From a virus, in the IMG/VR virus record IMGVR_UViG_3300049855_000609, positions 1 through 64,000 of that record: 64,000 bases of DNA. The stretch is one strand, 5' to 3'. The translations under genes were made by a program, and so were the position numbers. Below, piece by piece: positions 35,896 through 49,400 of the stretch (positions are counted from its first letter, which is position 1; each line of letters begins with the position of its first letter). The notes beneath the pieces are model-generated. The model worked only from the letters and a program-made list of their open reading frames with translations, had not been told where the DNA came from and ran no database searches.

Positions 35896-37965
35896 ATGGC
35901 AAAGAAACTAAAATGGGTAACAGAAGAGGAACTTCAGCAAATGAATGGGGATCCTTCTTTTGGCTTAGGGGGTAAAATGACCCCGGAAATGGCCAATAAC
36001 CTTTCAGGAGTAAACTCCATGATCTCCGGGATGAGTACTTCTTTGTTTACAACAGAGCTGGCCAGCTTGTTTGATACCTTACAAAACCGCGGTAAAAATG
36101 ATTATGCCATCAATACCAACTCTAACCGGGTGATGGGTATGGGAGGAGAGACAGATGCCAATGCCATTGTGGAAAGTGGGGAGATGATCCAGCTTCCTGA
36201 TGGGAATGTGGGTGAAATTCCTAAAGAAGCTGGCATCCATGGAAATCAAAAGCAAGGCCAGGGAGCTTATAATTTCCCGGAAGGGACCCAGATATTTTCT
36301 GATCGGATATCCATAGGTGGGGAAAAGATCTCAGATATTAAAAAGAAAACCGCGGCTTATACAGCCAGGATCCACAAGACCCTGGATTCCCGGCCTACAG
36401 ATGCAATAGCTTTATATGGTGCAAAAAGGGCTGCTAAACAGGAAGTGGCCCAGGATAAGATCCTTTTGGAAACACAGAAAAAGGTAACTGAAAAAGCCAA
36501 TATGATCAAACAGAATAAAAAGATGCAGAATGCAGTTGCTTTAATGGAGATGCTGAAAGGAGCACCACAGTTTGGTGGTGGAGGAAAAATCCCTTCCTAT
36601 GGCTTAGGAACTGTTTTATCCAATGGCATAGATGTTTCTACAACAGGCCCTAAGGATCTGAAAGAGTTGCTCTACAGTAATAAAGCTATAACAAAAGAGG
36701 ATATGGCAATTATTGATGCAGAGCTAAAAAGAACAGATCCGGCTTATGCTGCTTTAGTTGCTAAAACTACTGTTCCGGCTACTAATATAACAGACCCTTC
36801 TGAAGTGCCTGTTTTATCGGGGAATCTTTCTGGTGTTACTTATGGCTCTGCATTAAAATCTTATCCGGAAGAAGAAATGCTATCTGGAGAACAAGATTTG
36901 ATAGATGCTTATTTAGATGGAAGTTATAATAAAGCTCCGGAAGTATTAAATACTTCTGATCCAAATAGCTTTCTTTTTGCAACTACCACAACTCCTTCAG
37001 CAACAACTACTGTTTCTACAGCTCCGCCTAAAGCTGTTGTAGGAAAAATGCCACCTTCTTTCTGGTCCAATTCCCAGCAAGGAGATCCTGAAGACTGGGT
37101 TGATCCTGTTACCGGTTTAAATGTTAATCCTTTACCTGTAACAGCAAAAAGAGGAGGTAATGGAATCAATGCTTCCAAAGCTGAAGGAACTGTGATACCC
37201 CCTAAATTTAAGGTACTCCCTTCTATCGGAGAAAAAGACGGAAAGATGGGTGCAGAAGAGGATCCTATGATACCTCTTACTTTAGGAGATAAAATGGGTC
37301 TGGCTGGCACTGGAGTAAATCTTATGGGGGGATTTGCTACTACCATGGCCAATGCCGCGAAGACCAAAGTGCCTGTAAATCCGGCACTGGGAAAATTTGA
37401 TGATGCTAAAAGAAGGATGAGTGATGCCTGGGGTTTCTTAGCCGGTCAGCAAGACCTGGCTAATGCCGATATCCTTCTTCAGGAAGCCGGAGATAATGCC
37501 AAGAACCTGGGCCGGGGATATTCCCAGGTAAGAGCAGGACAGATGGCAAACAGTATGATAGCCAACCAGGCTCGGGGAAAAGTGGCTGGTACTTATGATG
37601 CCATGAGAGCACAGCAATTGACAGGAGAAGCTCAATTCCTGGAAGGAATAGGCAGGGCTATGATGGCCGGAGACCAATGGCAACAGGATGCTGAACAGGC
37701 TAACATAGACAACCTTTATTCCAATCTGTCACAGAACCTGGTATCAGGAGGAAAGACATTGCAGGAAGGTGGTGCAGCTTTAAATACCAAAAAGTTGGCT
37801 GATGAGTCCATAGCCTGGGCTTCTCAAATAGGTAAGTATGTGGGTATAGATTCTTCAAGAAAGTCAAAACTCAAAGGTTTTACTCCGGGAAGTACACAAA
37901 CTCCTATGCCGAATACTGGAAAAAAAGAAGACTGGTTGAAATGGATAGAAGAAAATATGAGCTAA
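35896..37965 (+). CDS. Cargo/ejection protein (crAss cargo protein 1-like)
   Basis: VESGE.I.LPDG......G.H.....G....PEGT.IFSD motif; low-complexity middle; Ala/Gln/Gly helical C-terminus. Confidence 0.65.
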   Translation: MAKKLKWVTEEELQQMNGDPSFGLGGKMTPEMANNLSGVNSMISGMSTSLFTTELASLFDTLQNRGKNDYAINTNSNRVMGMGGETDANAIVESGEMIQLPDGNVGEIPKEAGIHGNQKQGQGAYNFPEGTQIFSDRISIGGEKISDIKKKTAAYTARIHKTLDSRPTDAIALYGAKRAAKQEVAQDKILLETQKKVTEKANMIKQNKKMQNAVALMEMLKGAPQFGGGGKIPSYGLGTVLSNGIDVSTTGPKDLKELLYSNKAITKEDMAIIDAELKRTDPAYAALVAKTTVPATNITDPSEVPVLSGNLSGVTYGSALKSYPEEEMLSGEQDLIDAYLDGSYNKAPEVLNTSDPNSFLFATTTTPSATTTVSTAPPKAVVGKMPPSFWSNSQQGDPEDWVDPVTGLNVNPLPVTAKRGGNGINASKAEGTVIPPKFKVLPSIGEKDGKMGAEEDPMIPLTLGDKMGLAGTGVNLMGGFATTMANAAKTKVPVNPALGKFDDAKRRMSDAWGFLAGQQDLANADILLQEAGDNAKNLGRGYSQVRAGQMANSMIANQARGKVAGTYDAMRAQQLTGEAQFLEGIGRAMMAGDQWQQDAEQANIDNLYSNLSQNLVSGGKTLQEGGAALNTKKLADESIAWASQIGKYVGIDSSRKSKLKGFTPGSTQTPMPNTGKKEDWLKWIEENMS

Positions 37966-37966
37966 T

Positions 37967-40378
37967 ATGGGAAGATTTTATAAAACCGCGATACCTGCTG
38001 ATACCATAGACTTTATGTATCAGCCTCCACTGGCCCTGGCTATGAAAGCCCAGGAATATAATGATCAGCAGATAGAAGAGCAGTACAAACAGCAACAGCT
38101 GATGAATGAGCACCTCATTCAGATCAAAAATCTTGCCCAGGATGATGAAATAGCAAAAGCAGAAATAGAAAAGTGGCAGAAAGGAATTGAGGCTTTGGCC
38201 GGGAATCTGAATAAAGATCCCCTGAACTGGAGAAAACAGAGTCCGATAATGGATACTGTTTCCAAGCAACTGGAGTATGATCTGACAAAAGGAAAGCTGG
38301 CCAGCATACAGGCTCAGTATGATACCCGCATGAATTTTGAAAAGAAGATGGATGAGGGTGTAAAGCTGTGGATGGAAGATCCAAAACATGAAAAGGGGAT
38401 TTCCCCGGAACAGAAAACCCACATGCTCAATTACTTTGATCAGCAGTACAAGCAAAAGGGGGGATTCAAATGGGACGACACCAAAAAGACAACTCTGAAT
38501 ACCTATCAGACAGAAGATCCTACAGCTTACATGGACATCAATAAAGTTCTCTCTGAGGCAGTAAAAGATTATAAACCTGATGAGTGGGAAAAAACCAGGG
38601 ATATTGAAACGGGAAAATGGATATACCGCAATAAAGTAAGCAATGAAAGTATTGAAGAAGAAAAGCTTTGGCTGACAGGATTGCAGTATGCTCAGTCAGA
38701 TCCTGCTTTTATGGCTTATCTGAAACAAGGCAGTAAAGTAGGATATGCACCAGGGTATTTTTATCCGGATGACTATGGAAAGGATGAAACAGATCCGGTT
38801 AAAAAAGCTGAAATGGAAAAGCTGGCCGGCACCATGATCAATCCGGTAAAAGTGGTGGAGACAGAAGTAGAGGATCCAAATGATCCTACTAAAAAGGTCA
38901 AGGTACAAAGCCTGGAACTCAACTACGAAACTCCCATGGCTAAAGCCTTATCTGCCATGTCTGACAGGGTAGGATACACTAAGACTGTAGACGATGTTAC
39001 CATACAACGGGCAAATGATTATGGCCTTGCCGGATATAACAGCAGTCTTAGAAAGTCTGAAAAACAGTTTGAACATGATCTGAAGATGCAGGAGCAGGAA
39101 GCAGAAGCTAAAGCAAAAGCTGAATTGGAAGCACAAACAGCTGCTGGTGATACTACAGGTACAGGATTAAGTCCCAATGTTTTAAGTCCTTCGGGTTATT
39201 CTTCTTCTTTAATGATAGGAGAGAAGTCGGTTCCTTTGGACAAAGAAGAACTGGATAAGCTGGAGGAGAACCTGGCAGTTGTAAATGGTATTTTGAAAAA
39301 AAATCCAAACAACCTGAATGCCAAATTCTTACAGGCCAGGTATATAACCCTGAAAGAGAACCTTAATGTGGCAGTATCTGAACAGATGAACCCTTCAGAA
39401 AGGAACTTATTTAACATGTATCAGAAAGAAGTTCTGAATCCCGGAATCCTGAAAACCTTTGGGAAGCCTACAGATACCAAGAACTACAATCCAAAGATAT
39501 GGAAGCCGGTAAACCTGGCTGTAGGAACAGTATGGGACCTTACAGATCTGGGAGAACAGTTACAAGATGTCGCGGAAAAATATGAGGACATTAAAAAAGA
39601 TGTAATAAAGAAAGAGAAAGAGAGCACCTATAACCAGAAAGTCTTTAACTTAGGGGATGATGAAGTTTCCACAAAAATGAAAACAGAGATCATGGCCCAG
39701 ATAGAGACTCCGGGAGATGTTGTTTTCATCAACTCTAAAGGAAAGCAGACCACTTTGAAACTGGATGCTAAAAAATGGGGAGGAGGAGAAACTAAAGATC
39801 TCAGTCTGATCACACCTTATCTGGTTCCTCAGACCTATTCTCCCCAAGCCGGAGAGCAGGCTTATGTATATTTGAAGTTTGATAAAAGCCTGGTACCTGA
39901 TGGAACCCGTATTGAAGATGCTGATGGGAATGACCTTAAAGACGGAGAGACATTTAAAGTGGAAGTAAACAGAAAAAATCTGAATCAAAAAATGATGAGC
40001 ATTTTAGGACCTGATGCTACTCCGGCACAAAAAGCTATATTTTACAGGACAGATCCTATCTTTAATAAGGCAGAGTATTTCGTTCACCAGGCTTTAGAAG
40101 AGAATCTGGGGAAAGAAGATCTTTCTGCACCAAAGGTAGCAGAAATAGTCCCAGGAGAGTTTGAGGTTTATATAAAAAATCTCAACGAACAGGGAGTTAC
40201 TTATGCCATATATGATATGACAACCGGGCAGTTTACTGATGAACAGACTGAAGTTACTACAACAGATGCCAATGGAAATATGTACAAAGCTAAGGATAAG
40301 TTCTCTGCTAAAATTACAGAGCTTTTATACAATGGTATTGAAGCCCATAAAGCTGTAGCAGCGAAAAAGAACAAGTAA
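37967..40378 (+). CDS. Cargo/ejection protein
   Basis: MGRFYKT.....DFMYQPP N-terminus, helical, located between cargo genes. Confidence 0.6.
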   Translation: MGRFYKTAIPADTIDFMYQPPLALAMKAQEYNDQQIEEQYKQQQLMNEHLIQIKNLAQDDEIAKAEIEKWQKGIEALAGNLNKDPLNWRKQSPIMDTVSKQLEYDLTKGKLASIQAQYDTRMNFEKKMDEGVKLWMEDPKHEKGISPEQKTHMLNYFDQQYKQKGGFKWDDTKKTTLNTYQTEDPTAYMDINKVLSEAVKDYKPDEWEKTRDIETGKWIYRNKVSNESIEEEKLWLTGLQYAQSDPAFMAYLKQGSKVGYAPGYFYPDDYGKDETDPVKKAEMEKLAGTMINPVKVVETEVEDPNDPTKKVKVQSLELNYETPMAKALSAMSDRVGYTKTVDDVTIQRANDYGLAGYNSSLRKSEKQFEHDLKMQEQEAEAKAKAELEAQTAAGDTTGTGLSPNVLSPSGYSSSLMIGEKSVPLDKEELDKLEENLAVVNGILKKNPNNLNAKFLQARYITLKENLNVAVSEQMNPSERNLFNMYQKEVLNPGILKTFGKPTDTKNYNPKIWKPVNLAVGTVWDLTDLGEQLQDVAEKYEDIKKDVIKKEKESTYNQKVFNLGDDEVSTKMKTEIMAQIETPGDVVFINSKGKQTTLKLDAKKWGGGETKDLSLITPYLVPQTYSPQAGEQAYVYLKFDKSLVPDGTRIEDADGNDLKDGETFKVEVNRKNLNQKMMSILGPDATPAQKAIFYRTDPIFNKAEYFVHQALEENLGKEDLSAPKVAEIVPGEFEVYIKNLNEQGVTYAIYDMTTGQFTDEQTEVTTTDANGNMYKAKDKFSAKITELLYNGIEAHKAVAAKKNK

Positions 40379-40405
40379 AAAAAGATAAGATATTAAAAAT
40401 TTTAT

Positions 40406-43400
40406 ATGGCTGGTACTAAATCAGAAGTTGTAACCGAAAAAGGTCAGAAGACTGCAGTAGAGGTCATGAATGATCTGATGAAAGGGACTGCAGATACTCC
40501 AAAACCTGTAGTTAAAACAACAGAGCCTCCTGTACTAAGTGCAGTGGATGTAATGAATAAGCTGATGCGCGGAGAATCTGTAGAAGTAAAATCTCCGGCT
40601 ACTTCCGGTTTTCTTTCTGCTGATGCCCCGGTATCTACGTCTTCCACAGGGCATACTCCTGATCTCCAAAAGAAACTGGAGGAAGGAATGGATATCAGTA
40701 ACGACATAGACAACTACTACATAAATAAAGCCCATGACCAGTCTTTTGTAGAGCAGTCTTTACTGACTACGGGAAGAATGGTATCTAATTTTTTGTATGG
40801 AGCTGTATCAGCAGCAGGAAGTACTTTAGATATGATCGATACTCCTATGATGCTTACTGGGGTGATCAAAGAGTATGGTAATATCCTGGGAGATGCTGCT
40901 AAATCAGCACAAGAATGGGAAGAGGAGAAATATCCTATTTACAAAAAAGATCCAAATACAACCATCTTATCCGGAGGGTTACTGGATCCGGGATGGTGGG
41001 GAAATATTATGGTAGGGGTATCACACTCTGCCGGTATATGGGGAGAATCTGTGGCTGCAACTTTAGGTGCTGGAGCTTTGACTGGCCCTACAGGATATCT
41101 GGCCGGCATAGGAGCTGGAATAAAAGCTATGAAATCTGCAAAAGGGTTGAGTAATATCTTGAAAGTAGCCAAGAACAGTGACCAGATCCGGAGATCAATC
41201 ATGCTCTCTACTGCCCTTCGTGGTATGAATGAGCTTCAAATGGAAGGTGTGGACAGTTATCACCAGGTATATAAAGGGATGATAGATAAAGGCATGTCCC
41301 ATGAGGAAGCTGTCAAATATGCTTCTGTGGCTGCTGCTAATACTGCCAGGCTTAACTTGCCTAAGGTAGCTTTGGATCTATTGCAAGCCAAGCTCCTTTT
41401 GGTGAATCCCATGTCAGGATCCACAGAAGGACTTTTAGAAAGTTTTCTTGGCAAACTACCAACAAAAATAGGAACTCCAACAAAGTGGATTGCAAATATG
41501 GGTGGAGAGTCTTTTGAAGAATATTACCAGGCTATAGCTCAGAATGAAAGTGTGTATAAAGCAGAGATGATGGCCGGCTTAACTCCTAAAACCACTTTGG
41601 GAGAGAGACTTAAAAAATATAACCGGGATGGTAATACCTGGGATGCTGCTTTCAGTGGCGCCGTAGGTGGCCTGGTATTAGGTAAACTGCAACAGAGTTT
41701 CCAGAAATGGGGAGAAGGTAAAGGAATCAAGGATCTTCGTTCTGAGCAAGAGAAGTTTGTACAGAATATGTCTGCCGGCATGACCCTGGAAATGGTGGAA
41801 AAAATAAGCCAGGCTGTACAGGAAGGGAAGCCGGAGAAAGCAAAAGCCCTTTTAAGAGATCTTTCAGAACATAAGGCTATCACTGCTACACATCTGGATG
41901 CCCTCACGGATAGGGATACTGCCTTCAACTCTTATATGACCTACCTGGATAAGACCATAGAGGCCGCGGAAAAAGGGGATATGGATGCTTTAGAAGGGTT
42001 GATTGTACCAGGAATGGATCTGCAGGATGTAAAGGAAAGATTTAAGGTCTACCGGGAAGATGCTCTTGCAATCAAAGAGTTATACGACAACAATACAGAA
42101 AAACATTCCCGGGAAGCAGTAGTACCTATAACCCGGCTGGAGTATGACATTAAACGCCTGGGGGAAGAGCAAAAGACTTTTCCTGCAAGACTGGCTGCTG
42201 AAAAAGCCAATATAGCCGATTATGACAGCCTTTCTACTATTGGCAAGCAACTGTATGACCTGCATGCAGAAAGGGCAGCTAAGAGTGTAAAGGGGCTTCC
42301 TGTGGAAGATCTGACCCAAGCTATCAATACTTTAACCCAAACACTCACTCCTGAGCAAAAGGCCCAGGACCAGAAGATCCTCAATTCCATTTCCTGGAAT
42401 AATGGATATACCAGAACAGTAGATGCCCAGATAGCCAATCAAAAGGCTTTGGATAACAAAAGGGAAAACCTGATCCTGTGGAAAGACAGCAAGTACCAGG
42501 AGATGTCTGTGGAGCAGAAAGATGAAAAGCTTATCCGGGATGCAAAAAGTTTGAAAGAGCTGGATGCCATAAGAATAGCCTTGGCTACTCAAAAGAGGCT
42601 TACCCAGAATAAAAGGAATATGATAGGAGAGAAAAGGAAAAACCTTTTATTGGAAGAAAAAGACAAGCCTGCCAGTTTAACAGCTTCTCCTACGGTGCCG
42701 GCTTTTGTAGCAAACCCAGCTACCATTACTCCTTTGGCCCCTGATGCTTTTGATACAGCTAATACCACGAACTCTATCCCCTCTGTTGAAGATACTACGA
42801 CAACAGCTACAGCAATACCTTCTCCGTCACCGGCAAATACCTCCATGACACAACCTACTGTGGAAGAGTTAAGCGCCATATTGAACCAGGCTATTGAACA
42901 GGGAGTACAGGAAGAAGATGAAGATAGTGATGACATCTTTGATACTGATGCCATTCCTGAAAAGGAGTTCCGCGACAAAATGAAAACCCTGGTGAAAAAA
43001 AGGGTGGAGGAATTGACAGCAGAACTGGGACACAGACCAAGTTTCACGGAATTCTTCCAGGACTTTGTAGACAAGACCTCTGAGCAAAAAGGGGATCAGC
43101 ACTTTGAGGCTTTAAAAACTGCCTGGCTGGACAATGGATACCCTAAGGTCAACTTTGATGCTATCAGGAATGCCATATCCCGGTCCAAAGTCACTTTCAG
43201 TGAGTTGTTGGGAACACTGGATCAGCAATCAGGAGAAGTAGTACAACAGCCGGCTTCTCAGGAAGCTGCCGGAGTAGAGTCTGTGTTATATGATACCAAG
43301 CTTTATCCACTTCCGGAGGGCCACAAGAACAGGTACAAGATAGACGATTTTACAAAATATAAACCGGGGACTAAGTTGTCCATGGAAATGATGGAAGATC

Positions 43401-46400
43401 CGGGAGAAACCATCACTATCTGGGACCAGGAACAGCCACGGGAAGTATCCCTGGCTAAATGGGTAGCAGAGAGTGGGGGATCTACACAGGATTATGTGGA
43501 TGATGTTCCTATTTTGGTGAAAGATGAGTCCGGTGAACCTGTTGCCACCATTCCTCAGGTATCTTTTTTTAAACGAGAATCCTGGGGAAGGGATTTACCT
43601 GAATCCATCCGGGAAGCAAAAAGACAGGATGCCATAAACAATGTCCGCAAACTTCGAACAGAGTTATATGGTGCTCCCTATAAAAAGGTCAGCATAGAGA
43701 TCACAGAAAGGAATTACGGCACTATGCTTACTTTCCCCGGGAAGGAGAAAAGACAAGTAAGTAAAGCAGATCCTACAGCTCCTATAGGGGTGAAAAACTC
43801 CGGCCCCAGTTTCACTACTACAGAGGGGATCATATCCACAGACCAGATATATAATCCGGGCAACACCCTGAAAATATCAGATGGTCACAAATATGAGTTT
43901 CGTAAAATGGGGGAGAAAAATGGTAAACCATTCTATTGGGCACAAAGGGTGCACTATGGCAATATCAGCCAGCAGGAAGCCCAGTCTGTTTACTATGCCT
44001 GTGCTTCTTATATCTTCCAGGATATCAGCGCGGAGCAAAACCCTAAGGCCAAGGAATTGTCTCACAAAATAAAAGACAAAGTAAAAGCTGCAGGAGGAGA
44101 TGCCGGTATGAATATCCACTGGGTATCTAACCTGGAGACTTACATTTCCCAGTTTGTGGATCTGTCTAATTTGAGTATTGCAGATGATGAGGCTCTTTTG
44201 ATAGCTTTACATTCTACTGCAGATCCCAGCCTTTTTAAAACAGAAGAAGAAAAAGAACAAGCTAAAGCAAGAATAGGAAAACCTTATATCATCACCCAGC
44301 ATGGAACTATTTTATTTGGAAGGCTTGGACAACAGATACAGGTAGAACAGTATGATAGCAATGGAGTGAAAAAATGGGTTACTCTTTCTTACCTGGAGAA
44401 TAACATGAAACTGTTTAAGGTAAGGTCACAGGATACTGCCATACAGGTAAAGAACAAAGGCTTATTGCTGGAAGCTTTGCAGAGACTGTTAAATGATACT
44501 ACGGAAAACGGGTTTAAGCAGGGAATGACCAAAAAGGAAAACCATCTGAAATCAAAGATACCTGTTTCCCTGATATCCCGTTCTGCGAATAATGTGGTGG
44601 ATGTTACTACTTATACCGGAACTGATGGTAAAAGTGATTATGCTTCTTATCTGAAGGACACCATGTATACAGTACTGGATGCTGTCAATGTGGGAACAAA
44701 GGAAGAACCCCGGTTTGTCAGCATGGTGAATAATGAGATCAAATTCAAGGCTTTTGTTCCTGAGGAAGCCCGGTTAAAAGCTGTACAAAAAACAGAACAG
44801 GTGATTGCGGAAGAGGTAAAAACCCCTGAGGGTGTAGCAGACATGTTCACAGAGCAGTACATGAGGGACCATGGTTACTCTGAAGAAGCTATCAGAAAAT
44901 TTTTAAGCGGGGATAACTTATATGATGTAGACCTGGAGAACTACAAAAGGGTGACAGATGAGATGATGCAACGGGTCAAAAAAAGAATGACCTCCATATC
45001 TGATCTGGACTCTTCTGACCGGCAGGAGTTAATCAACTATATTTCTCGTCAGATAGAACAGCGCTTAGATGGAAAAAACAAAGAGGTGATCTCCCGGGAA
45101 GATACCATAGGAGAAGTCACCCACTCTTTTGAGAATATCATACAGCCTAAAATGGATTTCTGGAGATCGGAGGTCAAGAAGCTGAAAGAGATCCTGGCAG
45201 CTAACCCGGCTTCCACCAGACTTCAATACCTCATTGATGATATGGAGTTAAACATCCATAATGTCATGATGGTCAGAAAGCATTGGAAATCCCTGATGGA
45301 AGACGTAGAACTGGAGCTGGAAAGGAATATTAATCTGAAGATAAAGGATTTCTCCGAGGAGTCTTACTCTAAAACAGCCATGGAAAGAGATCCGAAAAGC
45401 TCTGTCAGGCTGATGGTAAAACGTTTTCTTTCCCGGATCCCAAGATATGAGAACGGATACCGGAAAATAGGCTTCCTTGGTGTAGAGTCTTATCCCGGAT
45501 TTGACTATTACTTTGATCTCTTGGGAGAAGTGCTTAGTCCTCAGGCTGCAGAACAAGAAGGCAAAGCTACCAATATCAGTGTCCGGGCAGAGTGGGATGA
45601 TATTATTGCGCGGTTAAAACAGAACCAGGAGAGGTATCCCTGGATAAAATATCTGTTGGAACAGCTGGAAACAGCTCCCCAGCAGTTGAAAATACAGTTT
45701 ACTGTGGGCCTTGCCGGTAAACACAATATCCACCCGGAGTTTGTAATGATCAGCAAACACGGAACTGGAGTGTATCTCAGAAGCTGGGAAACCAACTACT
45801 CAGATAAGGTAAAGGTAATACGCCGGCAGTGGGAAAGCAACTCCAAAGACATTGATCTGTTCACCTATTCTGATGGAGAATACCGTATTAACATTGACCA
45901 TGCCAAATATCTTTTGGGTCAATACCAGATGTTCCTGAAAAGAGGACTTCATAAACTGAAAGAAGCTCAGGAGTGGCTGTCAGAGTTTGGTATAAACCTG
46001 TCCATGGATGCCATGGAATTCCTTAAAACAGATGGGTACACTTTATTTGATGGGAGTACCCGGATGAGGATCAAGGACCTGTTCCCGCAAGCAGAAACAG
46101 AAAAGAATAAAACAGCTTTTTCCGAGACAAACAATATCTTTAAAAAGCTGGCCTCTGTGCTTACCCTGGCTATAGCAGCTAATGAAGCTAATCCGACAAG
46201 GGCACTTTCCATAAGAGAAAGAAAGGACCTGGACCCTTTTGCCGCGGCACATGGCCTCATAGGAAGGCTGGCTTCTGTAGAAGCAAGGTTTTCCCTGGTA
46301 GTATCACCAAATGCTTACAGGGACTCTGGAAAGAATATTTATGCCATTACCCAGAACAAACTGGCTTGTCAGCAGGTAGAAGATCTTATCCGTAATGATG

Positions 46401-49400
46401 AAAGTGGAAAGGCACTGATAGACAGTAAACTGGAGCAGGTATTTGATGGAAAATCCATGATCCTGAAGCTGATGAAGGAGTCTCCGGAATTTGCTAAAAG
46501 CTTCCAGATAAGCCACATCAGCCTGGAGGCCCTGAAAGAAGAAAGACGGGATTCTCCTTTTAACATGGAAGTCACCCGGTTATCAGATGCAGATAAGCAC
46601 ATGATGACTATGGGCTTCATGCAAAGCACTACCCAGGGTTCTATTATGGTCTCCGATGAGATGAAGAAGATCTTCATGGGTATCCCTGTAAGAATGGCCA
46701 GGATGCTTCTTCCTACTATGTCAGACAAAGAACTGATGCTGGAGGTGCTTACTGCTATTTTAGCTCCTAATTCCAATAATTTCCGGGATTTAGAAGGAAA
46801 TACAGGACTCAGTGATAACCTTCTTCGGCTAATGTACTCCCAAATGGTAGAGCCGGAGCTGGATAGGATCATAGACTATCATATCCGCAAGGCCAGGGGA
46901 GAACAGTTCAATCAAAAAGACTACGATAAAGCTGCCCAGATATTTCATTTTATCCCGGAAATGAATAATGTTACCCGGATGGTACATGGGCAAGAGGTCA
47001 GGGTGATAGAATATTTGCAGGCCAATGCACACAATATGACTGCAGAGGAGATAGCAAGGGAAAAACAGAGATTGCAAATAGCCTCTTACAGGAAGATGGA
47101 AGATGTAGTTACTGATGAGGTGACCAATGTAGTGCACAACTGGTTCAAATGGGGCTTTGCCGTACAGGAGAAAAATGGATCTGTTTCTTTCCCTTATATG
47201 GACAAGAACTATGTGAATGATGCCGGGTGGAAAGGTACCTCAGAGGAGAAGCTGATGCACTTTGCCTATGACTATGTGGTAAATAACATGCTGACCAATG
47301 CCAACCACTTCATGATGTTTGCCGGTGATGTAGCCAATTTTGGAAAGGCAAATGCCTTTAGCACCAAAGATTTCGAAGACGGGAATCCCACCAGGCCCTT
47401 AGGTGATGGCTCTGTTTACAGGATGAACAGTGAGAATATTATTGGCAGAAACGTAGGAAAAAGGTTGGCCATGCTGATTGCCCCCGGGGATCCCCTGTTC
47501 AACAGTGAAAATGACAATTACATACAACTGTTCCTGGAGGATGCTAAAGTAGTGGCCCCTAATGCAGAGTACATGATCGATCTGCACTATGAAGGTAAAA
47601 GGACAGATAAAGTAAACGAGCTTTTATACCAGGCCAGAAATGAAGATGACAAGAAAAAAAGTGCCGTGGAAACCTTGTCAAAAATGTTTCCGGACATAGC
47701 CAGTTTTTTCAGCATAGAAAATACAGACAGCCAGGAAATGATGACTGCCGGAGAAGCTTTGAATGTGGCTTACCGGAGAGGCAATCTTTCAGAAGAAAAA
47801 TATAAAGAGCTGAAAGGAAAGATAAGAAGACAAAGAGCTGCAGAAAAGGAAGGAAAACCTATAGCAAAAGCTGATTTCATTTCCCATGAGGATATCAACC
47901 TGGTATTCCAGCCACAGAAGCCGGTTTATACAGGATATAAAATGGAAAATGGCAGGACCCGGATGGTATACATCAAAACCTCTGCTATCTCTTTACTTCC
48001 CCAGTTGACCGGCGCTGATACCCAGCTGTATGGTCTCCGTAGAAAAATGGAGGAAATAGAGGACAGTTCAGGGAGAAATGTAAGGGCTGTTTATGTTTCC
48101 GGGGCCAAGATAGGTTCTCCACAGAAAGCCTTCTCTGTCTGGAAAGCAAATGGGGATTTTAAAGAAGATGCCATCAATGTGCAAAGTGTGGTAGACAACC
48201 TCAATAGTGGAAATCCGGACTCCGCACTTATTTTACCAAGAAAGTTTTTCCGCATACAACAAGATATACCATTTAAATCCCACTATAAAGAAGAAGACCT
48301 GACCAAGCTGGGTACACAGATGATGAAGACCATCTTCGGTAACGGAGTTTCAAAAATAAAAGAAAAAGTCTTCAGCTATAAAGGTGAGATGCTTTCAGGA
48401 GAAGAACTCTACAAGGAGTATAATAGCCTGATCGATACCTGGATAAAAACAGAAAAGACAAAACTTTACCGGGAACTGGGGGTAGATGAACTTACCGGAA
48501 AGCCAAAGAACATGAGAAAATTCTCTGAGAAGCTTCATTCTATGTTGTTGAAAGAGGCCCGGAAAAGAGATTATCCTTTACAGGATCAGCAGGCCCTGGG
48601 ACTGGATATAAAAAGAGATGACCTTACCGGAGAAGTTTTAGATGTCCGGTTTACCATTCCTTTGTGGCTGACACCTAACTCCAACAGATATGAGTCCCTG
48701 CTAAACTCTATTGTAGGCAACAGGATGCTGAACCTGGAACTCCCCGGGGTTGGTTTGGTTACAGCTTCCAGTCAGGGGTTTAAGTGGAAAGCTACTGATG
48801 ATCTTACAGATGTTCAGAATTTCTCCGACATCATCTGGAGGAAAACCCGGTTCAATGGAGAATTGAGGGCCTTTGATACTGATGCCGGCACTAAGGCACA
48901 GATACTGGTACCTTCTAAATTTCGTGGCAGAGATGGTAAGCTGATAGATCTTCTGGATCCAAAAAACGGATACTTTTATGAGGAAGGAGGAAGGAAATTT
49001 CTAAATGAAGACCGGATAAAGGCAGAGCTGCTGGAGTCTACCTCTTTCCGTATCCCTACTTCAGGACATGTGTCTATTGCTTCTGTAGAGATAGTCGGAT
49101 TTCTGCCTCCACAGAATGGGGATATTATGGTGGTGCCTCCTAACTTTCTTCCTCAAAAGGGACTTGACTTTGACGTAGATAAGGAATACCTGTACAACTT
49201 ATGGCATGCCCTGGATGAAGAGGACAATATTGTTTCCCTGGAAGACGGTATAAAGATGACCTACCAGGAAATAGAAATGCTGGAAAAGAACATCAATGAT
49301 CAGATAGAATCCATGCGGGACTATTACAAGGACAACCAGGAAATGCTCAATGAGATAGATGAATTGAAAACAGATCTGGAAGTCAGGAAGACCCTAAGCT

